Assembly: GCA_964016885.1 (NCBI GenBank)
Contig: OZ024758.1
Coordinates: 62,001 to 126,000 of the forward strand
Direction of reading: 5' to 3'
Source: Eledone cirrhosa
Lineage: Eukaryota
DNA: 64,000 nt
Shown: positions 42,676 to 53,805 of the stretch, one piece after another
Layout: each line of letters starts with the position of its first letter
Position numbering within the stretch: the first letter of the stretch is position 1
Made by a program: the position numbers and the translations under genes
Notes under the pieces: generated by a model
Databases searched by the model: none
Seen by the model: the letters and a program-made list of their open reading frames with translations, nothing else
Told to the model about the DNA's origin: nothing

Positions 42676-43527
42676 GTTAGGTGTACTTAGCACGCAAGGA
42701 GGCTGCTCGACAAGAAGATCAAAGACGCGCCGTGTTCCGTATTGCGAGGCTGTGTGTCAGTGCAAATCGAGATTAAGTTTGTCTGCTTAATGATGCCGGC
42801 GTACTTAGTTTTACGGATGGTCAGAAAAAAAAGGCCTGGAAATGTCATTAAGAGAGACTGATGAATGTGGAGACCCAATGTGAGAAAGAGAGAAATTACC
42901 CCCCCAGTACATCCGACAGAGGGATCAGCTATTCAGATTGACGAATATATGGTCTAAGAGGCGATTAAGGAAATGAATAATGGTAAGGCCGCTGGACCGT
43001 CAGGAATAGTTGCCGAGATGCTGCAGGCATCAGGGGACATAGGCACTCAACTGGTTGCACGCTTCATCAAATCAGGCTATATATGTCGGTTTTGTACTCA
43101 AAGACTGCTGCAGCAATATTCTCGTAAATTGCTACAAAGGTAAAGGAGATGCTCTGGACATGAGCAATTATAGAGGAATAAAGCTGATGGATCAGGTTGT
43201 GAAAGTGGCAGAAAGGATATTAGCGCAACTAATTATAGAAAGGGTGCAACTAGATGCGATGCAGTTTGGTTATGTGCCTGGGAAAAGTGCAACAGATACC
43301 CTCTTAGCGAGACAACTACAAGAGAGGTTATTAGAAGCCACTATACTTAGCTTTTGTTGAAATAACTTCCTTTCTCTTACTGATCATAACTGCAAAATAG
43401 AAAACAGTAGCGTTAGCGTGAACAGTACAGTGCAGTGTAGTGTAGTGTGATTTAGTATGGTGCAGTTTAGTGGCACAGTACACTGTAAAACATTTAGCCA
43501 ATCTCTCAGACATTTACAAATATTTCA

Positions 43528-43576
<49 letters not shown>

Positions 43577-44275
43577 ATATACATGGGAGAGAGAGAAATT
43601 ACCCTCAGTAGATCAGACAGAAGAACCAGCTATTGAGATTGACGAATATAGGGTCCAAGAGGCAATTAAGGAAATGAAAAATGGTGAGGCTGCTGGACCA
43701 TCGGAGATAGTTGTTGAGATGCTGAAGGCCTCAGGGGACGTAGGCACTAAACTGGTTGCACACATCAATCAGGCTATATATGGCAGTGTCATACCCAAAG
43801 ACTAGTGCAAAAGTAAAGGGGATGCTCTTGAGAGGAGAAATTATAGGGGTATAAAACTGATGGATCAGGTTATGAAAGTGGCAGAAAGGATATTAGCACA
43901 ACTAATTAGAGAAAGGGTCAAACTAGATGAGATGCAGTTTGGTTTTGTGCCTGGGAATAGTACAACAGATGCCCTCTTCTTGATGAGACAATTACAAGAG
44001 AGGTTCTTAGAGAAAAATAAGCCACTATACTTAGCCTTTGTTGACCTAGAGAAGGCCTTTGATAGGGGTACCCCGATCTGTCATCTTATTATTTAACCTA
44101 TAAAAGGGGCCCTAACAGGTACTACTACACCAGGCCAGAGCAGACCTGGGAGTTATGACAACTAAGGGGGTAACTCCACGTTCCCCACAGTTCCTCCTGA
44201 ACTTGAGCCTTGCCACTGGATGTAGTTTAATGTCATACCCAGGACAAATATATACACACACACATATATATATAT
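42676..44275 (+). repeat. Older, diverged paralogue of the array unit (RTE linker/RT, microexon region, RT, SINE-like)
   Basis: Homologous to parts of the unit but with many substitutions in 42676-43450; lacks the 78-nt exon island. Confidence 0.85.
43381..43389 (-). other. Diverged copy of the 9-nt microexon, TTATGATCA
   Basis: CTAACgctactgttttctattttgcag|TTATGATCA|gtaaga; branch point, AG and GT are retained despite flanking substitutions. Confidence 0.6.
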
Positions 44276-44276
44276 C

Positions 44277-44808
44277 AAAATTGATGGAAGTTACGGAGTA
44301 GGCAGACCCAGAAAAACCTGGGACGATCTGATAAATTCCGACCTTACATACATCTCTCCAAGACAATGTCACTGGACAGAGATCTTTGGCACTACGCAGT
44401 AATACAGAAGACCTGATTTGTCTATGTACAACGCGAAACCTCGTCAGTAGGCACCTCTTAACCAAAAATACACCCGCATCCCACTACCCTCTCCTCCAAC
44501 CTCTCTCTGTAAAGTTATGTTGGTACCACAACATCCAGCCCTAAATAAATGAGGTCGTGTAGATGTCACGACAAAAAAAAAAAAAAAAAAAAAAAAATCT
44601 CCACGCTGTAATGTGCCCGTGTAGGTAACACGGTAAAAACCTCCCAGTCCACACTAAACGTGGTTGGTGTTAGGAAGGGCACCCAACCGTAGAAAACCTG
44701 CCAGACAGTCCTATACGAGCGAGAAAAACCAATCTTGCCTCAAGTGGGACATCTCCCGTCTAAACCCATGCTAGCGTGGAAGATAGACTTTAAACGATGA
44801 TGATGATA
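44277..44808 (+). mobile_element. 3' end of a second RTE family with long 3' UTR (5'-truncated)
   Basis: GVGRPRKTWDDLINSDL.HLHLSKTMS; collinear with 50292-50830 (minus strand); ends taaacgatgatgatga. Confidence 0.85.
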
Positions 44809-44970
44809 TATACACATGGGATAACAAGTTATCGTTTTAGGTAATCCAGTGAGAGGTTTCCTTACTTAGGTAGCGAGTTTGCAATAATTCCCATGCAGGT
44901 CGATCTTGGAGTAATAGTAGTGAAAGAATGAAGAGTAAGATGGTCGGCTGTATAAAAAGGGTTTTATTTA

Positions 44971-45070
44971 CAGTACTAACAATTGTTTCATTGAACAGGT
45001 GAGTCTAAAAGTCGCTAATCACTCGACCTTAAATACAGTGTGTGGCTCTGATAAAATCATCGGAATACTG
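44971..45070 (-). ncRNA. Degenerate type I hammerhead ribozyme motif (Penelope-like element remnant)
   Basis: cagtatt-CCGATGA-[67-nt imperfect stem II]-GAAAC-AATT-GTT-agtactg; 7-bp stem I; followed by aataaa. Confidence 0.55.
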
Positions 45071-45499
45071 GAGGGTGTAACACATGGCATTAGCATTTAT
45101 AGATACATCAGAGAATCGAGTGAATGAAAACGAAAACATCAATAATAAAAGATAAACAATAATAAAAGTATAAAGAAGAAAGAATGACGATATAAAAAAT
45201 AAGTACAAAATACGGTTTCTGATAATAGTAGAAGTTATAGTGTAAGTGGATGTGTAAAATAGTGACGACAATAATGATAACAATAACATGAAAAGGAATA
45301 CGATATATGTTTCAGCAAAATAAAAAGGCAAGTTGTATAATAAAATATCAAAGGATTAAATAAATAATAAAAAGTAAGAGATAGAGAGATAAGGAATAGG
45401 AGACAGGGACTGAGAATATGGATTCGAGGATGAGACAAAGGGTAGGAATAAGGAGAGGGACTAAAAGTTATGTTTTTCTTAACGATGATAATACAAAAT

Positions 45500-45880
45500 T
45501 AGAGGAATCAAAAGAGAATTACAGTACTATTCACATGTAGTGCAACTGGTGAAAAGTTTAAACCCCTTTTTACTGAAAAAAGCCTTAAACCTCGTTGTTT
45601 CAAGAATATTGACATTTCTAAACAGGAATTTTATTATAAAAAGAACATTACGGATGGATGACAGACAATATATTTTCATTTTACCTAAAAGAAATCAATT
45701 ACGAATTTTTTAAACAATAGAGAAAAGTATTATTGCTCCTTGATAATGCAGCATGCCACAAACAAAGCTTTTAAAATATAAAACTTTTTTTTTTCTACCC
45801 TCGAACACAACTACAAAATTACAACCTTTAGACCAAGGAATAATTTGGTCATTCAAAAGCAACTACAATACGATTTTTAT
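45500..45880 (+). mobile_element. pogo/Tigger-type DDE transposase remnant
   Basis: Broken frames give TVLFTCSATGEK.KP, KPRCFKN, EKVLLLLDNAACH and FLPSNTTTKLQPLDQGIIWSFK. Confidence 0.85.
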
Positions 45881-45949
45881 TAATAAAGTTGGTTAATAAA
45901 GATGTGAAAGTGTCAATTTAAAAGGAACGTCATGAGTTACGCCCCTTTA

Positions 45950-46020
45950 TTTTCCGAGTTCAACTTGGCCTTTCATCCTTATAGGGTCGATAAATAAAGT
46001 ACCAGTGATGCACTGGAATA
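45950..46020 (+). mobile_element. SINE fragment
   Basis: ccgagttcaacttggcctttcatccttatagggtcgataaataaagtaccag; reverse-complement homologue at 57000-57075; related piece at 48808-48870. Confidence 0.6.
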
Positions 46021-47039
46021 ATTGCTGGCAAAAGTAAAAACAGTTATTGCATGGTATTTTTGGTCAGTCCAGGCATGGGATTCGGTTGTAAAAGAGAATT
46101 GTAAATTGCTGGGAAAAGTCAGGTCTACGAATACAGAATTCAATGAGTGAAGATTCGGTTGCAAAAGCATTGTGTTTAGAAAATGGGGAATACGAGCTGA
46201 AATACGCACTTAAGGAACTCAAGGAACTAAAATATGATAATGTTACTTTTACAATTAAAACTTAAATTTAAATTTTTATGTCTTGTTTTTAGTTTGGGGA
46301 GGGGGGGGATGTCAAAATAACCAACTTTTCTTTTAAAATGTTAATTAAGGTAAACATGACAACTTAAATTCAAGTTTTTTGTCAAAAAAAAAAAAAAAAG
46401 GTCATTATTGACATTTTTACACACACATATATATACATACATACTTATATATACATACATACACTAGCTACACTCTACGCTATATATATATATACTACGA
46501 GTGGTTTTCTGCTAGCATGTGTAGTGTGTATATTGATATTATACGCAAGTATATATACATGGAGATATGATACGTCAAATAAAATCGCAATTGACAATAT
46601 ACACATTAGTTGAACGAAGACTGTGTTACACTGTCTTATGTGATAAATGATGCATTTATAGATAAGGATGAGGGGCTAAATATTATCTATATGATTTTAC
46701 ATTGTTGTTATAGGTCTTCGAAGGATATTAGTTATAAGTGATATAATTGAAATACCTTAATCGAAGAGTTGGTAGCTTCTTATCGGTAGTAAATGCTGCT
46801 GACTTCCAGGATATAAATAAATAGCTCTTCAATGCTCACTCCTCTATAAATATAATTTTATTTGTCGAAAAGGATTGTAGGAGTCATTTTACAATAAATT
46901 TTCGCGCGATGTATCATCTGCAAGTCAGTTCGGTCTGTCATACGCAACTTCCCATTGGTCAGTTTGATGTATGTTGAAAGTAAAGGAGTGTTTGAATGTG
47001 ATTGTGGTGTTTGCGGTGGTGCTTGTATTGACACATTGT

Positions 47040-47460
47040 AGCAGAGGGGAGTATGAGGCTCTGATGTGAGAGCATCTGTGTAGGCCCGCTTTAGTCTGTC
47101 AATAGAGTGTGTCTTTATGTCCATTAAAGTCAAAGGTGAAATGTTTATCTCTACGTGCAAGTACACGATAGGGTCCAGAATAAGGTGGAGTGAGAGGTCT
47201 TCTCACCGTCATTTCTGACAAAAACATGGGTCCACGAGGAAAGTCCCTCGGAACAGAATATTTAAAGGTTTGTTGCCTAGTTTTCATGCAAGTCGTGAAG
47301 GCGTAGTAGTGGTCGAATTGCCGGAGTACTCCAAAATGTTATCAGCGTAAGAGCTGTGTAGGTGTATAGTCGCCAAGGTGTTCATCAAAGACGTTCGTAA
47401 ACTTTAACAAAATAGTTGCGAACAAAACATTTAAAAATAATCTTTTGAAGTCCGTAGTAT
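47040..47460 (-). mobile_element. Gypsy-like LTR retrotransposon relic (integrase C-terminus fused to a gag-like piece)
   Basis: VRRPLTPPYSGPYRVLARRDKHF and SIDRLKRAY (GPY/F module); LGDYTPTQLLR resembles a Gypsy gag motif. Confidence 0.75.
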
Positions 47461-47959
47461 CCTTGAAACAGTAAAGAGTGCGCTTATGTTGGCCAAAGTA
47501 AAAGCGCGGGAATAAGTGATGAAGAAATAGGAGGTGAGTCGCCACATTGGACAAAAATGCCATGTGCAAACAAAATATTGTGTTATTGTAAACTCGACAT
47601 TTTTTTTTATGTGTGTGAAGGATGTATTCTTTACAGCCAGGTCACCATTTTTTATAGATACATCTTCACGCGTCAACTGTGTCGGTCTGTCTGATACGCG
47701 TCAACTGTGTCGGGTTTTTAACAAGAGAGTGAGACTGCCCATGTATTCATACGCAACCTCCCATTGGTCAGTTTGACATTATTTCGTATGCAAATGTTTG
47801 TTTTAATGCGTAGTGGAACAACGTCGCACTTCACAATACCAACATTTGCATAGACGATATTATATATAAACTGCATTAGAACAACTACATTTTTTTCGAA
47901 ACATTTACCTTCACCAGTTGGATACGTGACATTGCCACTGAAACTCCCTTAAATACGAC

Positions 47960-48200
47960 TGAAATATTGGTCGGCTGGTACACCCCTCAATATTTTGCGT
48001 GTGTGTACTTGATATGGGATCAACGAAATGCTTTGAACGATTGACAGTGAGATGTGTATAACGACCAGGCATACCCGCCACTCATCTGTATGGATCATAG
48101 ATCCATTTGCACAGTGCCTTTCAATGAGAGGCAGCAGTCTCGGCAGAATCAAGACCACCGAGTATCGCCGGATTTTGCTCAACCCATTCACTACATACAT
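47960..48200 (-). mobile_element. Merlin/IS1595(ISXO2)-like transposase remnant
   Basis: LLPLIERHCANGSMIHTDEWR and, in another frame, HFVDPISSTHTQNIEG. Confidence 0.75.
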
Positions 48201-48554
48201 CACGCATAAAATTGCACCGGTAAAAAAAATTTACTGTATATCGCAACAATATAGTGTTTAAAGAATTTTTTTTCTGTTAAAAACTGTAAATCTGTTAAAA
48301 AAAAAAAAATGTATTTCGCAGCAATATTTTTTCTGTTAAAAACTGTAAATAAATATTCATGTAAAAATGAAGCATAGTTTTTCTGTGAAAAACTGTAAAT
48401 AAATATTTATTTTGTTAAAAAATTAAATCAAAAATCTAATTTTCTCTGTTAATATTTTAATAAATATTTATTCTAAAAATTCAATGTTTTTTCGTGTAAA
48501 AATGAAGCATGTCAGAAAATTAACATGTAAAAATCAAGCAGCAGGCACGCGCTA

Positions 48555-48612
48555 GCTCGTATCTAAAAAAAAATCGTATGTCGGTTCACTCGTATCTCAA
48601 GGTACCACTGTA
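48555..48612 (-). mobile_element. Tc1/mariner (Tigger-like) terminal inverted repeat end with TA target
   Basis: Minus strand TA-CAGTGGTACCTTGAGATACGAG with an internal repeat of AGATACGAG. Confidence 0.55.
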
Positions 48613-48976
48613 TTTAAAACATATTTATGTTATTCTACTGTAAATTTATTTATATGCTCTGTTTATATTTTCATTCTGAAAGAATTGCAAACGATTTCTA
48701 ATGTTATTTATACAACTGAATAAAAGAGAAATTTGATAGTTTGTTAACAACTAAATACATTTGGAACAATTATTTACATCTTACAATTTGAAATGTTATT
48801 ATATATTAAATAAAGTACCAGTAATACACTGAATATTTGCCGGCCTTGTGCCAAAAGTAGAAACACTTATTATATATTAAATAACGTTACAAATGGGAGT
48901 GAAAATATAAACACATATGATATATACAAAGAATATAAATAAATTTACAGTAGAATAACATAAATGTTTTAAATAT
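48611..48976. repeat. AT-rich inverted repeat, arms ~48611-48676 and ~48897-48976
   Basis: tatttaaaacatatttatgttattctactgtaaatttatttatat vs atataaataaatttacagtagaataacataaatgttttaaata. Confidence 0.85.
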
Positions 48977-49036
48977 ATACATAACACTACAAATGCTTAA
49001 GTAACAGTATAAATTGAAGGGGTGGAAAACGGAGCC

Positions 49037-49283
49037 AACACCAGAGCAAAAGACAGCAGCCAGGGGTACTGGGCAACCTCTCTAATGATTTTTAAGGCAA
49101 GCCAGCACACTGGCAGTGTTACCTCGAGTGATGGCGAGGCTGGGGTGCTGGAAGAAACAAGCGCCCTCGCCAGTTACCTCTATTAGGCGAGCCGCCAGTG
49201 AAGAGAGGAACCTCGCAGTCAGCGGCCCGACTCCCCACAGGCTGAAAAATTTACCCCTCGCTGCTGTCTTTTGCTCTGATGTT
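49037..49283. mobile_element. GC-rich element bounded by 32-bp inverted repeats (MITE-like)
   Basis: aacaccagagcaaaagacagcagccaggggta (49037-49068) vs tacccctcgctgctgtcttttgctctgatgtt (49252-49283), 2 mismatches. Confidence 0.7.
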
Positions 49284-50149
49284 CAACCGTTCCTTTGCAT
49301 TTTCATAAATAAATTGACAGTTTTTCGAAGCTAGAAATCAAATAGAGATATTTTTATACACATTGTATTATGTGTTTTTATTTTCATTCTGAAAGAACTG
49401 AACAATTTGTAATGTTAATTAAACACATGTTTAGCATACCTTTGTCTTCCTCGTCTTGCTTCATTGAGAAATTCTAGTTTCCTCTCTTAATTCATTTCTT
49501 CTTTCTTCTGTTAAATTTCCTCTGAACTTTTTCCTTATATCATTAATATTATTGTTGTTTAAGTTGTTGCATTGAAATGGTTATCACTATTATGTGCTGT
49601 ATCAATATTGATAGCGTAATTTTCTGAAGTGACTCTCTTGTAAAATAAATGTCTTATTTGCTCCCATGGACGAGAAAGGAGGGTAAGAATAAATAAAAAA
49701 AAGTTTCCAGAAGAAATAATAGTGGTCCGTTTGTTCAAACAATGAAACACAACTTGTTACGTTTTCACCGAAAATCAAATTCAGCGCCGTTCGTCTACCA
49801 TTGCTGTATGTGGGTGTGTCTAAGTTTGTTTGGTGTGTACGCACGTGTCAAAGTCAATCATGTAATTATCTCCCCTTGGCAAACAAGTATGATATGGCGT
49901 AAGAGGGTGTTTAACATCTCAAGATAGACGTTGCAAAAGGTTTTGAGATACATAAATAGATATGTAGGTAGATAGATATATAATTGATAGATATGTAGGT
50001 AGATAGATAGATATATAATTATCACAAGTGTAGTGTTTGTACAAGAGTTTTCAAGTCGCTGGCTGGACTAAAAAGTCACACTCGTTCAGCGCATCGGTAG
50101 GGGTTCTCCTACATGAATATAATGTAGTGGCCGTACTCGAAATACTGAT

Positions 50150-50291
50150 ATATATATATATGTATGGGTACTGGTATGTATATGTATGTGTGAATACTAA
50201 TGTATGTGTATGTATGTATGTGTGTATGTATGTGTGTATGTGTATGTGTGTATATGTATATATGTGTATGTATGTATATATGTATATATGT
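50150..50291. repeat. (TA/TG/TATG)n microsatellite
   Basis: Direct inspection. Confidence 0.9.
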
Positions 50292-53200
50292 ATCATCATC
50301 ATGATCTTCGTTTAACGTCCATATTCCACGCTCGCATGGGTTTGGACGGGAATTTTCCCACTTGAGGCAAGAGTGGTTGTCTTGCTCGCATAGGACTGTC
50401 TGGCGGGTTTTCTACGGTTGGATGCCCTTCCTAACACCAACCACATTTACAGTGTGGAACTGGGAGGTTTTTACCGTGTTACCTACACGCCCACATTACA
50501 GCGTGGACTGTGTGTGCTTTTGTCGTGACACCTACACGACCTCATTTGTTTCGGGCTGGATGTTGTGGTACCAACATAACTTTACATTGAAAGGGGTGGT
50601 GTGGATGGAGTGGGGGTAATGGGACGGGGGTGTATTTTGTTAGAGGTGCCTACTGACTGTAGTAGGTTTCACTTTGTACTTAGGTAAGGCGGGTCTTCTC
50701 TATTACTGTGTAGCGCCAAAGAACTCGATCCAGTGACATTGTCTTGGAGAGGTGTAAGTGTGTGAGGTCGGAATTTATCAAGTCGTCCCAGGTTTTTCTG
50801 GGTCTGCCTACTCCGTGGCTACCGTTTATTTTTATTGCCCTGCACATTTTTATACAGCTGTCGTCTTTCATGCGCATCACGTGACCATACCAACATAGTC
50901 TTCTCTCGAGTAAACATCTGATCCCTCTTATTTCTAATTTCTCCCTTATTTCGTTTATGCTTTGCCGTTCACGTATATTACTATTACACATCCAGCGGAG
51001 CATGCAAGCTTCGTTTCTCTCCAGCCTGCGTATATCCTCTGCACACAATGCCTAGGTCTCACTGCCATGTAACATTGCTGTTCGTATGCAGGCATCATAC
51101 AGCCTGCCTTTCATTTTTAGAGAGAACCCTTTAACGGCCAATAGTAGTATAAGCTCTCTTAACTTTTTCCATCCCGTTCTGACTCTAGCTACTGTACTTT
51201 CAGAGCACCCTCCCCCACTGCTGATTTTATCACCCAGGTAACGGAAGCTGTCCACTATTTCTATAGAACCATCTGTGCAATGGAATGAGTTAGTATTCTG
51301 TGGGCACTTGTGTGCTACTTATTGCACCAGAGCACCGGCCACATATAAAATCTATATTCTTAGTTAGCTTTCCTGTGATCCAACTACATCTTTTATGTAG
51401 CCATACTTTGCATTTGGGACATAAAATGGAGTTTCTACCTACGCCTTTCCTACACACTGAGCATGGCCATTTCCCAGATGGGACCGGTGCCCTATTTTCC
51501 TTCCTACAAACTTTAGTCTTAGACAAGTTAACTTTAAGGCCTTTTGATTCTAGGCCATGCTTCCATGTTTGGAATTTATTTTCTAGTTCAGCCATTGATT
51601 CAGCTATGAGCGTTAGATCATCTGCATATAGGAGTTCCCATGGGCAGCCGGTCTTGAACTCCTCTGTTATAGCCTGAAGAGCAATAATAAATAGTAGGGG
51701 GCTAAGGACGGAGCCCTGATGAACACCAACTTTTACGCTAAACTCTTCACTATATTCGTTGTTAATTCTAACCTTGCTGACTGTTTCTTTATACATGGCT
51801 TGTATAGCTCTCACAAGCCATTCATCAACACCTAGTTTTCTAAGGGCTCACCAGATAATCAAGCGGGGTACTCTGTCAAAGGCTTTCTCCAAGTCAACAA
51901 AAGCTAAGTATAGGGGTTTACTTTTAGCTAGGTACTTCTCCTGTAGATGTTGTACAATGAAAAGAGCGTCTGTTGTACTTTTACCTGACACAAACCCGAA
52001 CTGCATTTCGTCTAGATCAATTCGCTCTCTGATTAGTTGCGCTATTACTTTTTCTGTGACCTTCATGACCTGGTCAATTAATTTAATGCCTCTATAGTTT
52101 CCCCCTATCTAGGGCATCACCTTTACCCTTGTAGCAGTTAATGATGATGCTGCTGCGCCAGTCCTTCGGAACGACCCCATTCTGTATGACTTGGTTTACT
52201 ATCCGGGTGACCATACTGTGTCCCACCGTTCCAGATGCTTTCAGCATTTCGGCAACTATTTCCGAAGGCCCGGACGCCTTGCCCGTCTTCATGTCTTTGA
52301 TCGCCTTACTTATTAAACTACCTTCAAATTTCACTGCTGGTCCCTCTATTGGGTCGATGTGGGGGAGACTGTCTTTCTCCCAATTATTCTCCTCATTTAG
52401 TAGCCTTTCGTAGTGACACTTCCAAGCTACCTTCTTATCAGCGTCAGTGATGGCAAGTACACCATCATCATTTAGGACACACTTCTCCCCGACAATATCA
52501 CTGTGTTCCTTGACACATTGCCTAGCAATCCTGAACACCTCACGTTTTTGGTCCTCGCGTTGTAGAACATGCTTGAACTTTCTTTCCTCTGCTTCCCTTC
52601 TTGCGAAGTACACTTGTCTCCTAGCTTCCCTCCTGGCCACTTGATAGTCTTCTCTACTTCCCCCATCCCGCCATGCTTTCCAGCCTTGATTGACCTCTCC
52701 ACCACCAAGTTACTCTCCTCCTGTCTAGAGGCCTGCTCCAGCCACAGGTTTCATCTGTCGCCTTCAACAGGTTAGCTTTCAGGAATTCCCACTCTTCCTC
52801 TATATTGTACAACTCTAATTGCTCTTCCTTACTATCAAAAGCATCAAGTAATATGCTTTTAAATTTATTACTGGCTGTGGGGTCCTTTAATTTCCATATT
52901 TTTCTCCTGAGGATAGTCCTCTTCTGTTGTCGAATACGTCTCGTCCTGACTATGAGGTCGCTAATTATGAGTCTATGTTGAGACGTGCATTCTTCATGGG
53001 GGAGGGATTTAGTGTTTACAACAGACACTCTGTCACGTCTCCTGGTAAGGATATAATCTACCTGGCTTGTGTGTCCCCCTATCTATAGGTGATCAAGTGA
53101 TTGTCTCGTTTTTTGAAGTTAGTGTTACAGATAGTTAGGTTATTTGCGTCACAGAATTCCAGGATTCTGGAGCCTTCCTCATTTCTAGTACCAAACCCAT

Positions 53201-53700
53201 AGCCTCCATGGATTCCGTCATAGCCGTCACAATGTTGTCCAACGTGACCATTTAGGTTGCCAGCAATAATTATATAGTCACTGTTGGTTATTTGGGAGGT
53301 AGTGAGCATCAGTGTCTCATAGAATCTGTCTTTTATAGTGCCGGGCAGTCCGGATTGGGGTGCGTACGCAGATATTACTGTCACCGTAGTTCTATTGAGG
53401 ACAAGTCTTATTTTAATTATTCTGTCGTTCACTCTATTTACGTCTATTATCTTATCTGCCCACTTTTCTGCTACCATGATTCCTACTCCACCCAGCCCAT
53501 CGTCATTTCCCACCAAGAAAAGCTTATAGCATCGTTCTTTACCCACGATGAATCTAGCAGACCCACCCCTCCACCTGGTCTCTTGAATACAACAAACATC
53601 GACCTCCTTACGTTCAAGCATTTCTACAACCTCATTAGAGCGACCCTTTAAGGTGCCTACATTCATGGTACCAACTCTGAAGTTTTGGATTGCGTTTGGA
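50292..53700 (-). mobile_element. Near-full-length RTE-clade LINE (APE + RT + PHD finger + 3' UTR), inactivated by frameshifts and stops
   Basis: GTMNVGTL, CCIQETRW, SAYAPQ, GNLNGHVG, QHRLII, QFGF, DLEKAFDRV, GVHQGSVLSPLLF, LYADDL, FRYLG and GRPRKTW occur in order; tail (ATG)n. Confidence 0.96.
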
Positions 53701-53805
53701 GGGTGGGAGCGGGGGGAAATGGGGGAGATGGGTTATGTTAGCCATCCACGACCGAAACAAAGAGGAGGAGCCCTTGCATTCTCGTCCATGAGGTGAATTT
53801 GTTTT

